Shown: positions 40,165-48,996 of the stretch, one piece after another | Layout of the letters: each line of letters opens with the position of its first letter | Numbering within the stretch: position 1 is the stretch's first letter | Assembly: GCA_035559535.1 (NCBI GenBank) | Contig: DATMBG010000038.1 | Location: forward strand, 1 to 58,301 | DNA length: 58,301 nucleotides | Direction: 5' to 3' | Source: Candidatus Limnocylindrales bacterium | GTDB taxonomy: Bacteria; Moduliflexota; Moduliflexia; Moduliflexales; JAUQPW01 | Notes under the pieces: generated by a model | Told to the model about the DNA's origin: nothing | Database searches by the model: none | What the model saw: the letters and a program-made list of their open reading frames with translations, nothing else | Position numbers and translations under genes: made by a program

Positions 40165-41175
40165 GTGAAAAAATTGAGTCAAAAGATCTGGAAGATAGGA
40201 TTCGTGGGTTTGACTTCTGTGCTGGGATACCTGGGAGCTAAAAAACTGGGAGGACCCCTTTATACATCTATTCTTGGAGGATTTACAGGGGGTTTCTTAG
40301 GTTTTTTGATTATCCTGGGAGAAAATTATTTAGGAAGAATCCCTTTACAGGTCATTGCAGGTGGTCTTCTCGGATTAGGAACCGGACTCGTTCTCGCCAA
40401 CCTGCTGGTCTATTCACTACTGGATATCGTTTTACAAAAAAGTGCCATTACGCCCTATGTTTATTTTATTATTCATTTGGGATTTGGTTACTTGGGGCTG
40501 GTTCTGGGGTGGAAGAAGAGCTATAATCTCGATTTTCGGGATATTAAATCCTTCTTTTCAGCTCCTCCCCCCACCAAAAATTATAAAGTTCTTGATACCA
40601 GCGTGATCATAGATGGGAGAATAGCCGATATCTCAGAAACGGGGTTTCTGGAAGGCGTTTTGATTATTCCGCAATTCGTGCTCAAAGAACTCCAACATAT
40701 CGCCGATTCTCCTGACCCTATAAAACGAAATCGGGGTCGTCGAGGACTTGAAATTTTGCACAAAATTCAGAAACGAATTGACACGCAGGTGGAAATCCAC
40801 GACAGGGATTTTCCTAAAATTAAGGAAATCGACGCCAAGCTCATCGAGCTGGCAAAAATACTCCAGGCTAAGTTAATCACCAATGACTTTAATTTAAGTA
40901 AAGTCGCCGAACTTCAAGGAGTTTCCATACTCAATGTAAACGAGTTAGCCAATGCTTTGAAACCGGTTGTGTTACCCGGAGAAGTCATCGAGGTTGTAGT
41001 TCTGAAGGAGGGTAAGGAGTTTGGACAGGGTATCGCCTATCTGGACGATGGAACCATGATCGTCATAGACAATGCTAAAAAATTTATCGGAAAAACGGTC
41101 AGTGTATCGGTTACCAGTGTCTTACAAACTACAGCCGGTAGAATGATTTTCGGGCAACTAGCCAATAAATCTTAA
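40165..41175 (+). CDS. membrane PIN/TRAM domain protein (YacL-like)
   Basis: N-terminal TMs; [36 protein letters not shown]. Confidence 0.93.
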   Translation: MKKLSQKIWKIGFVGLTSVLGYLGAKKLGGPLYTSILGGFTGGFLGFLIILGENYLGRIPLQVIAGGLLGLGTGLVLANLLVYSLLDIVLQKSAITPYVYFIIHLGFGYLGLVLGWKKSYNLDFRDIKSFFSAPPPTKNYKVLDTSVIIDGRIADISETGFLEGVLIIPQFVLKELQHIADSPDPIKRNRGRRGLEILHKIQKRIDTQVEIHDRDFPKIKEIDAKLIELAKILQAKLITNDFNLSKVAELQGVSILNVNELANALKPVVLPGEVIEVVVLKEGKEFGQGIAYLDDGTMIVIDNAKKFIGKTVSVSVTSVLQTTAGRMIFGQLANKS

Positions 41176-41236
41176 ATTGCGCTCTGCTGTCCGTTGCTCA
41201 CCGGTAGGGGGGCACCGGACGGTGGATAACAGATAA

Positions 41237-41953
41237 ATGCCCGGAGTTGCTGCTCTCGTGGTAGCTGCTGGCAGTGGCAAGAGAATGGGAACAGGGAATA
41301 TTCCAAAACAATTCTTACCCCTTGCCTCTCTACCTGTCCTGGCCCATACTCTTGCCAGATTGGAAAGTTTTCACTGTCTCTCTGAAGTCGTCCTGGTAAC
41401 CCGACAGGAAGATATAGAGAAATGCCGGTCTGACCTGGTTCATAAATATCACTTTAAAAAGGTCCGGTCTATCGTCCCAGGAGGAACGACCCGACAAGAT
41501 TCTGTATACCGCGGCTTGCAAGCTCTGGATTCGGAAACGGAAATTGTGGTCATCCATGATGGAGTCCGAATTTTTATCACGGAAGAAATGGTTTCTGAGT
41601 CTATTCAAGAAGCTCGAAAATATGGAGCTGCTGTGGTGGCGGTTCCTGTGAAGGATACAGTTAAGCGGGTATCTGAGGATGGATTTGTTTCTCAGACCCT
41701 TGACCGGAGCGGGCTGTGGGCCGTCCAAACCCCTCAAACTTTCAATTATCCGCTTATTCGGTCTGCTTATGAAAAGGCTCGTGAAGATGGTTTTTATGGG
41801 ACCGATGATGCCATGCTGCTGGAACGTTTGGGGTTTAAAGTGAAAGTCATCCCGGGTACTTATCGCAATATAAAAATTACAACACCGGAAGATCTGGTAT
41901 TGGCCGAAATGATTTTACAAAACGAGTTAAATGAGAATCGGGATCGGTTATGA
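41237..41953 (+). CDS. ispD: MEP cytidylyltransferase
   Basis: AAGSGKRM, PKQF, HDGVR, QTPQ, NIKITTPEDL. Confidence 0.96.
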   Translation: MPGVAALVVAAGSGKRMGTGNIPKQFLPLASLPVLAHTLARLESFHCLSEVVLVTRQEDIEKCRSDLVHKYHFKKVRSIVPGGTTRQDSVYRGLQALDSETEIVVIHDGVRIFITEEMVSESIQEARKYGAAVVAVPVKDTVKRVSEDGFVSQTLDRSGLWAVQTPQTFNYPLIRSAYEKAREDGFYGTDDAMLLERLGFKVKVIPGTYRNIKITTPEDLVLAEMILQNELNENRDRL

Positions 41954-42404
41954 TGTCCACAGGCTCGTCGAAGGACGAAAACTCGTTTTAGGTGGGGTTG
42001 AAATCCCTTTTTCCAAAGGGTTATGGGGTCATTCCGATGCAGATGTTTTAATCCATGCTATCTGTGATGCCATTCTGGGAGCCCTGGGAGAAGGAGATAT
42101 TGGAAAACATTTCCCGGATTCTCTTCCAGAATATAAAGATATTTCCAGTACCGTTCTTCTTCAGGAAGTTATAGCTCTTGCACATCAACGCCACTTTCAG
42201 GTGGGGAATCTGGATGCCGTGATTATCGCGGAGCAACCGAGATTGGCCGATTATATAGAAAAAATGCGCGAAATCATCTCCCACTTTACCCAACAACCTA
42301 TTTCCAGGATTAATATTAAAGCTAAAAAAGGAGAGGGTTTGGGATTCGTTGGAAAAGAAGAAGGCATCGAAGCTCAGGCGGTGGTTATTCTATATCCGAT
42401 GTAA
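41931..42404 (+). CDS. ispF: MECDP synthase
   Basis: GYDVH, GHSDADV, GDIGKHFP. Confidence 0.97.
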   Translation: MRIGIGYDVHRLVEGRKLVLGGVEIPFSKGLWGHSDADVLIHAICDAILGALGEGDIGKHFPDSLPEYKDISSTVLLQEVIALAHQRHFQVGNLDAVIIAEQPRLADYIEKMREIISHFTQQPISRINIKAKKGEGLGFVGKEEGIEAQAVVILYPM

Positions 42405-42449
42405 GGAAGTAATAAGATTTAATAAAGTTCAGAACAGGCTTTAGTACAC

Positions 42450-42565
42450 TGTTTACTTGGTTTTGCCTGACTTTTAAGCGGCCCTCACCCCCGGCCCATC
42501 TCCCCTTGTGGGAGAGGGGCGTTGGGGAGTGGAAACGGCTCTGTGAGGTCAAAATTAAGTAAACA
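42450..42565. mobile_element. MITE-like element with an internal REP-like hairpin
   Basis: Terminal IRs TGTTTACTTGGTTTTG / CAAAATTAAGTAAACA (14/16 match) enclosing CCCTCACCCC..TCTCCC..GGGAGAGGGG. Confidence 0.55.
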
Positions 42566-42623
42566 AGGCATGAGTCATTTGTAGCTTCAGAAGTGAGATG
42601 GCTAAAGCCGTTAGGACAAAATT

Positions 42624-43346
42624 ATGAAACCAACTAAACCGGTTGTTAAAAAAGATACTCCCAAGGAATTGGAAACGAAAGGTTCAGGAACTCAGTTTGT
42701 CGAATCGATTAAATCTTCCTCCAGGTATATAATTGGAGCAATTCTCCTTGTTCTGGTTTTAGGTGTTGCTTTCCTGGGCTGGTGGTATTATCGGACTAAT
42801 CTGGAGGAAAAAGCTTTAGCTCTGGAATATCAAGGCATGAAAGCTTATCGTGAAGCAGGGGCTTCAGAAGATAAAGCCAATGAGTTATATCCGAAAGCGG
42901 TAGCTACCTTTGATCAGATTTTAACCCAATACCCCGGAACAAAAAGTGCCCAACGTGCCTTGTTTTATAAGGCAAACTCTTATTACCTAGCAGAAAGCTA
43001 CGATGAGGCCATCAATGGATTTTCCCAATATCTCGAAAAGTATCCCCGGGGAGAATTTTTTATAGCTTCTGCCAAAGGGGTAGGCTATGCCTACGAACAG
43101 AAGGGAGATTACCAGAAGGCTCTGGAAGCCTATCAAAAGTTTCAGGATAAAATCTCCTCTGCTTCGGATAAAGCGGAGATTCTGTTGGCCATCGCCAGAT
43201 GCCAGGAAGCATTGGGACAAACCCAGGAAGCCATTGCAACTTATGAAAAAATAGAATCGGAGAATTTACCTTCTGTATGGAAGAGAACCGTCGAAGAGAG
43301 GTTAAAAGTCCTGAAGAAACAGAAGGCCACCGGCGATGAGCCATAA
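42624..43346 (+). CDS. single-TM TPR protein (YfgM-like)
   Basis: One TM segment, then TPR repeats with YP motifs. Confidence 0.75.
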   Translation: MKPTKPVVKKDTPKELETKGSGTQFVESIKSSSRYIIGAILLVLVLGVAFLGWWYYRTNLEEKALALEYQGMKAYREAGASEDKANELYPKAVATFDQILTQYPGTKSAQRALFYKANSYYLAESYDEAINGFSQYLEKYPRGEFFIASAKGVGYAYEQKGDYQKALEAYQKFQDKISSASDKAEILLAIARCQEALGQTQEAIATYEKIESENLPSVWKRTVEERLKVLKKQKATGDEP

Positions 43347-43354
43347 CGAAAAGT

Positions 43355-44047
43355 ATGGGAGAGACAATTCGGGACAATTTACAGCTTGTCCGAGAACGAA
43401 TCCAGAAGGCTGCACAACGAGCAGGTCGAAAACCCGAGGAAATTATACTGGTTGCTGTAACGAAAACGGTGGAAGTTCCCAGAATTTGGGAAGCTATTTT
43501 GGCAGGGGTTCAACATATCGGAGAGAATCGGGTTCAAGAAGCCCAGGAAAAAATAAAAGATATTGGAAATAAGGTAACCTGGCATATGATCGGGCACCTT
43601 CAAACCAACAAAGTTAAACAGGCCCTGGATCTTTTTCAGTTAATTCACTCGGTGGATAGCCTAAAATTAGCCAGGGAATTAAGCAAAAGGGCCGAAGCAA
43701 AAAATCAAACGGTGGATATTCTCATTCAGATCAATCTGGCCCATGAAGAAACCAAATTCGGATTCCCTGTGGAAAAAATTCAGGAAAACGTACAGGAAAT
43801 CGCAGCCCTTCCCCGATTGGCCATTAAGGGCCTTATGACCATTCCTCCCCTGGCCGAAAATCCTGAACACACACGACCTTATTTTAAGAAGTTAAGGGAG
43901 ATTTCCGAAGAGTTACGTAAAATCCCCCAGGTTGAAATGAAGTTCTTATCTATGGGAATGACCAACGATTTTGAAGTTGCTATTGAAGAAGGGGCCAATA
44001 TGGTCCGGATCGGGACGGCTATATTTGGACCCAGACCTTGGCAATAA
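43355..44047 (+). CDS. yggS: PLP homeostasis protein
   Basis: AVTKT, GENRVQE, WHMIGHLQTNK, LSMGMT, VRIGTAIFG. Confidence 0.96.
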   Translation: MGETIRDNLQLVRERIQKAAQRAGRKPEEIILVAVTKTVEVPRIWEAILAGVQHIGENRVQEAQEKIKDIGNKVTWHMIGHLQTNKVKQALDLFQLIHSVDSLKLARELSKRAEAKNQTVDILIQINLAHEETKFGFPVEKIQENVQEIAALPRLAIKGLMTIPPLAENPEHTRPYFKKLREISEELRKIPQVEMKFLSMGMTNDFEVAIEEGANMVRIGTAIFGPRPWQ

Positions 44048-44071
44048 CTTCAGAACAGAGACTTTATAGCC

Positions 44072-44887
44072 ATGCTGAAAGAAAAAAAGATTGCTTTTAT
44101 CGGGGCCGGTAATATGGCAGAGGCTTTGGTGAAAGGTTTGTTAAACTCTCCTTTAGGGATTAAACCTGAAAATCTTTTCATGAGTGACATCCGAAAAGAT
44201 CGACTGGATTTTTTAAGTCAAAAATATGCGGTTCAGGTCTCGCCGAGTAATCCTTTCGTAGCCCGGAAGGCAGATATTCTCATCCTTGCGGTAAAACCTC
44301 AAAATATAAGGGAAGTCTTAACAGATATTGCACCCGAAGTTACTCGAGATAAGCTGGTTATTTCCATTGCGGCAGGGGTAAAATTACAAACTATTCAAGA
44401 TTTATTGGAAACGGGGGTTCGGGTAGTACGTACCATGCCGAATACCCCGGCCCTTGTTCAGGCCGGTGCTTCTGCCATAGCACCTGGTAAGTGGGCTTCT
44501 CCAGAGGATTTGCAAACAGCCAAGGCCATTTTCGATGCCGTGGGGATAACGATTATTGTGGATGAAAAATTGATCGATGCCGTAACCGGATTAAGTGGGA
44601 GTGGTCCGGCTTATATCTTTTTGGTTATCAATGCCCTTGCAGATGGCGGCGTTAAAATGGGTTTTTCTAAGGAAGTTGCTTTAAAGCTGGCTGCACAGAC
44701 CGTTTTCGGCGCCGCAAAACTAGTCCTTGAAACCGGAGAGCATCCTGCAAAACTCATAGATATGGTCACTTCCCCTGGTGGAACTACCATTGCCGGTCTT
44801 CATGCTCTAGAAAAAGGGGGCTTGCATGGCATCTTTATGGATGCTGTAGAGGCTGCCACGCTAAGATCTATCGAATTAGGTCGCTAA
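44072..44887 (+). CDS. proC: pyrroline-5-carboxylate reductase
   Basis: GAGNM, AVKPQ, RTMPNTP, SGSGPAY, SPGGTT. Confidence 0.97.
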   Translation: MLKEKKIAFIGAGNMAEALVKGLLNSPLGIKPENLFMSDIRKDRLDFLSQKYAVQVSPSNPFVARKADILILAVKPQNIREVLTDIAPEVTRDKLVISIAAGVKLQTIQDLLETGVRVVRTMPNTPALVQAGASAIAPGKWASPEDLQTAKAIFDAVGITIIVDEKLIDAVTGLSGSGPAYIFLVINALADGGVKMGFSKEVALKLAAQTVFGAAKLVLETGEHPAKLIDMVTSPGGTTIAGLHALEKGGLHGIFMDAVEAATLRSIELGR

Positions 44888-44898
44888 GGAGGTTAATC

Positions 44899-45216
44899 AT
44901 GTTTATCGCCAGTAATTTTATTGAGGCTTTAGCCAGAATCCTGGATATGGCGTTGTCCCTTTACTGGTGGATCGTTGTGATCGCGGTGATTTTATCCTGG
45001 ATTCCCCTGGACCCCTACAACCCAACTGCACAGGCCATTAAAAATTTCTTTACCAAAGCAACCGAACCGGTCTTTAGTTTCATTCGGAGAAAACTTCGAT
45101 TGTACCTGTATACTTATCCCATCGACTTCACGCCGTTCATTGTGATTCTGGCCATCTACTTCCTGCAAATATTTCTGGTTCGATCTCTCATAGACTTGGC
45201 AAGAAGTCTCCACTGA
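44899..45216 (+). CDS. yggT: YggT family membrane protein
   Basis: ILSW, TEPV, IDFTP; conserved context. Confidence 0.9.
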   Translation: MFIASNFIEALARILDMALSLYWWIVVIAVILSWIPLDPYNPTAQAIKNFFTKATEPVFSFIRRKLRLYLYTYPIDFTPFIVILAIYFLQIFLVRSLIDLARSLH

Positions 45217-45221
45217 TTTCC

Positions 45222-45506
45222 ATGATTGAAACGCGACAAACCGATCAAGGTTTAATCCTTAAAGTTCATATTCAACCCAGGGCTTCTAAGAATGAAGTGG
45301 TAGGAGAGTATAAAGGGGCTTTGAAAATAAGGATCACGGCCCCACCGGTCGATCATCAGGCCAATAGAGCTCTGATTGCATTTCTGGCGGAACTCCTGGG
45401 GATTAGAAAATCCCAAATCGAAATTCTCTCTGGTCATACCGGACGGAATAAAACGGTGATTTTTTATAGTTGTAATAAAGAACTTATAACTCTCCTCCTG
45501 ACTTAA
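45222..45506 (+). CDS. yggU: DUF167 (YggU) protein
   Basis: QPRAS, APPVD..AN, G..GRNK. Confidence 0.9.
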   Translation: MIETRQTDQGLILKVHIQPRASKNEVVGEYKGALKIRITAPPVDHQANRALIAFLAELLGIRKSQIEILSGHTGRNKTVIFYSCNKELITLLLT

Positions 45507-45716
45507 GAGCTTATACCATTTTTTATTTAATTGAAATTGCCATATCAGAGGCTAGAGCAGATTGGTGTGAATCTTTTGTCAGGGTGAGCATTACCCGGAA
45601 CTGCCCGGCATTCAACCAAAACGATGGACCTTGAAGGGGGTTAGGTGGCCTAGGCGGCAGGATAAGAGTAAGATACCTGAGTGGGAACCCCCTTCCGGAC
45701 CTTCCTCCGCTTGGCA

Positions 45717-45859
45717 TCGGATAAGCCCTTCAGAGAGCGCATCCCAGACTATTTACCGGTGGGGGTAGATCCGTTTCCATACACTCAGGTCGAGTTCGAG
45801 CACCTGCGTTACCAATCTCCTGGCTGGTATAGAAGCTTTGTCAGCGGACGTGAGGTGTG
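45717..45859 (+). pseudogene. duplicated 3' fragment of the MNT gene
   Basis: Near-identical to 46430..46584 apart from a 12-bp deletion and a few substitutions. Confidence 0.85.
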
Positions 45860-45889
45860 GGGATAATTGTTGTTAAGGGAGAGGAAAAC

Positions 45890-46278
45890 ATGGGTAACCG
45901 TTATCTCGACTGGTTCAGGCAGCCGAAGCGGATTTGCGTCATGCCCGTCACGCCCTGGAAGATCGTGACTTTGAGTGGAGTTGTTTTGCTTCCCATCAGG
46001 CCGCGGAAAAAGCCTTGAAGGCTGTGTTCCAAAAGCTAGGCATGGAGGCTTGGGGTCATACTTTAACGGCCCTGATAGGAAATCTGCCGTCGTCCCTCCC
46101 GGTCTCAGAAAGTTTGGTAAACTACGCCAGGATGTTGGACAAGCACTATATCCCTATGCGTTACCCCAACGGATTTGAATCTGGGGCACCCATGGATTTT
46201 TACACAGAGGAAGAGGCCCAAAATGCCATTCGATATGCGGAGGCAATCCTTGAGTTCTGTCGTGATCAAATCAGCTAA
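45890..46278 (+). pseudogene. HEPN domain protein with a 1-bp deletion near the 5' end
   Basis: SD plus ATG 45890 MGNRYLDWFRQ; restoring one G gives AEADLRHA, joining CFASHQAAEKALKA...WGH...LDKHYIPMRYP. Confidence 0.8.
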
Positions 46279-46585
46279 CCGCGAGGTTATCACACGCCAT
46301 GTAGAAGCTTATGTGGCCTGGTTAAGGGAGAAGCATCCAGAGGTAAAACGGGTAATCTGGTTTGGTTCCTGGGTAACGGGGTTACCAACGGTTGGAAGCG
46401 ATGTGGATTTGTGTTTGATATTGTCCTCTTCGGATAAGCCCTTCAGAGAGCGCATCCCAGACTATTTACCGGTGGGCTTTCCGGTGGGGGTAGATCTGTT
46501 TCCGTATACTCAGGCCGAGTTCGAGCGCCTGCGTTACCAATCTCCTGGCTGGTATAGAAGCATTGTCAGCGGACGTGAGGTGTGA
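46223..46585 (+). CDS. minimal nucleotidyltransferase (MNT)
   Basis: FGS...SDVD motif, VDLFPYT; overlaps the HEPN 3' end. Confidence 0.88.
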   Translation: MPFDMRRQSLSSVVIKSANREVITRHVEAYVAWLREKHPEVKRVIWFGSWVTGLPTVGSDVDLCLILSSSDKPFRERIPDYLPVGFPVGVDLFPYTQAEFERLRYQSPGWYRSIVSGREV

Positions 46586-46840
46586 TACCGTTATGGATTT
46601 AATTTGCCGTATATCTTACCCCAGAATACCAATCTCTACAGATACTTCCCTGGATAATATCCGGTAAACCCTCTAACACCTTTTGCCGGGGTTTAGAGCA
46701 ACAATAGGTCCCTAACCATTGGCAGCAAGGCGTTTGGGGAGACGGTATACAACTGCCCCCATAAATGAAACAGCTCATCACCATGCTGGGAGTCTTATAG
46801 ATCCCTTCACCATTTATAAAGTTCCGGTTAAAATTAAACC

Positions 46841-48055
46841 CTAACTTTTACCCAGCCAGGCCAGGGGGTCCACCGATTTCCCTCCCACTCGGATCTCAAA
46901 ATACAAATAAGGCCCTTTAATAGAATCCGTGCTTCCCACTCTACCGAGGATTTGTTGGGCCTGTACCTCATCGCCGGGTTTTACATAGACTTCATCTGCA
47001 TGGGCATATAACGTATAAAAATTCCCACCATGGTCTAAAATGATCAGGTTTCCATAACCTTTAAACCAGTCTGCATACTTAATAACCCCTTTCCCCACCG
47101 CGTAAATAGGGGTTCCCTCCGGAGCTTCTATATCGATCCCTTTATAGAAGGTATAGGTATTGGTCCCTGGATATTTAAACCTGCCAAATCTCGTTATTAA
47201 CTTTCCCTTTACCGGCCAGATGAGTTTACCTTTCACAAAGGAAGAAGGGACTTTGAACTCTTGGGTATTCCGACCTTGTGCAGGTTCTGTTTCTTTTTTT
47301 CTTTTTTCCTTTTCTTTTTCCCACGTTGTGATCAGATTCTCCAGCTCCGTGGAGGACTCTTCCAACTCACCGATAAGTTTTTGATAAATATTTTTATCTT
47401 CCCTCAATTTGGCCAGAAACTGGGTCTTTTCTGCCTTCTGATCTTCTATTTCTTGTTTCTTTACCCGGACCTTCTCCCGGTATAGCGTTGCTTTTTGGTT
47501 GGAGGACTCCAGTTCTTTTTTCTTGGCTTCTAACTCTTTGATATTTTCATCGAGCTGGGCTATCAGCGTCATATCGTTTTTCGCAATTAAACTTAAATAC
47601 TTAATCCGCTGAATTAAATCTTCATGATCCCTGGCTGCAAAGAGGGTACGGAGATACCCCAAACTTCCTAACTTATAAATAGCAACCATTCGGGTATTCA
47701 ATTGATTTTTTTGTTCTTCATGCCGGTGATTCAGCTCATTTAGTTCTTTTTCCAGTTCCTGAATTTTTTTCTCGGTCTCTTTAACCTTACGCTCGTAAAT
47801 TTGCAGTTCACGCTCCTGGGCATTCAAGGATTTCTCGATCAATTCCAGTTGCGATAAAACATTTTGTTCAGCCGCCCGGGTCTGCTCGAAAATCTTCTTT
47901 TTTTCCTTGAGTTCCTTTTGAATCTGTTGAAGATGTTTAAGTTCGGCTTCTATCTTTTCATCTACAGACTGGGCTTGTAGGGATAAGCTAAAACCGAAAA
48001 AGCTGATTAGTAGGTATTGAGAAATCTTTTTAAGGTAAGGGCACTTCCACACCAT
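46841..48055 (-). CDS. envC: murein hydrolase activator EnvC-like (coiled coil + M23)
   Basis: Signal peptide, long coiled coil, WPVKG, degenerate M23 site (YKGIDI, YLYFEIR). Confidence 0.88.
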   Translation of the reverse strand: MVWKCPYLKKISQYLLISFFGFSLSLQAQSVDEKIEAELKHLQQIQKELKEKKKIFEQTRAAEQNVLSQLELIEKSLNAQERELQIYERKVKETEKKIQELEKELNELNHRHEEQKNQLNTRMVAIYKLGSLGYLRTLFAARDHEDLIQRIKYLSLIAKNDMTLIAQLDENIKELEAKKKELESSNQKATLYREKVRVKKQEIEDQKAEKTQFLAKLREDKNIYQKLIGELEESSTELENLITTWEKEKEKRKKETEPAQGRNTQEFKVPSSFVKGKLIWPVKGKLITRFGRFKYPGTNTYTFYKGIDIEAPEGTPIYAVGKGVIKYADWFKGYGNLIILDHGGNFYTLYAHADEVYVKPGDEVQAQQILGRVGSTDSIKGPYLYFEIRVGGKSVDPLAWLGKS

Positions 48056-48909
48056 CCCATCAGCCCTCCAAAGATAAGAATCCCAATAATGAGGTCTGAA
48101 GAAAGAAACGAGACGGATAAAAATTTGAACAGGATATAAGAAGAGTGGTTAAGACTGGAGATAAAGATATTATAGACCAGGTATAGGAGTAAAAGCGAAC
48201 AGGAAGATCCAACAACCCCTCGAAATATACCCTCTATGAGAAAAGGACCTCGAATAAACCTATCGGTAGCGCCGACAAGCCGCATAATATCCAATTCTTC
48301 TTTACGGGCATAGAGGGTTAATTTAATCGTATTAGAAATAATAAAAACCAGTCCTATAAAGAGTAAACTTCCTACAAAAAAGCCTACCAGTCTTAATAAA
48401 CTGACGATTGCCGAAAGGCTTTCCAGCCAGTCCTGACCATATTGAACTTCGTCAACCCCTTGAAATTTCTCGATAAGAGTGGCCAGTACTTTCATTCCTT
48501 CCGAACTTTGATAACGCTTCTTAATTTTTATTTCAAAAGATGCCGGAAGCGGATTTCCGGTCATTCCCGAAAGTAAACTTTCCTGCCCTTTGAGCCTTTC
48601 TTGAAAAGTCTTCAAAGCAGCTTCCTTGGAAACAAAGGAAATGGCTTCAATCTGTTTTAACTCACTTAAAGCCTTTTCAAGGGCTTTGACCTGTTCATCT
48701 GATATGGGGTCTTTCAGATAAACGGTCATATGAACGGCCTCACTCCACTTCTGAACAACTTCATTCAAATTTACATAGACCAAAAGGAAAACGCCAAAGA
48801 TGGAGAGAGATACAGCAATGGTAACGATGGCAATAAAATTGGTTAGTTTAGTTTGCTTAATGCTGGCGTAGGTCTCGCTAATCAGGTAGATGAAAGAATA
48901 AAACCTCAC
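48007..48909 (-). CDS. ftsX: cell division permease FtsX
   Basis: 4-TM layout, NPLPASF, ISNTIKL, IMRLVGAT..FIRGPF..EG. Confidence 0.93.
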   Translation of the reverse strand: MRFYSFIYLISETYASIKQTKLTNFIAIVTIAVSLSIFGVFLLVYVNLNEVVQKWSEAVHMTVYLKDPISDEQVKALEKALSELKQIEAISFVSKEAALKTFQERLKGQESLLSGMTGNPLPASFEIKIKKRYQSSEGMKVLATLIEKFQGVDEVQYGQDWLESLSAIVSLLRLVGFFVGSLLFIGLVFIISNTIKLTLYARKEELDIMRLVGATDRFIRGPFLIEGIFRGVVGSSCSLLLLYLVYNIFISSLNHSSYILFKFLSVSFLSSDLIIGILIFGGLMGWCGSALTLKRFLNTY

Positions 48910-48996
48910 CGGTCTGTTCTCGGTGGTCCTTTGTCCGTTGTTGCATCCTTAACGGCTCAGATCTCAACAAACAAAGGACCACCCATAAAGAGCAAG

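Noticed and set aside
45523-45717. 64-aa minus ORF, and the 61-aa ORF at 46599..46784, flanking the HEPN-MNT islet
   Set aside because: No recognisable motifs; possibly gene remnants but not supportable.
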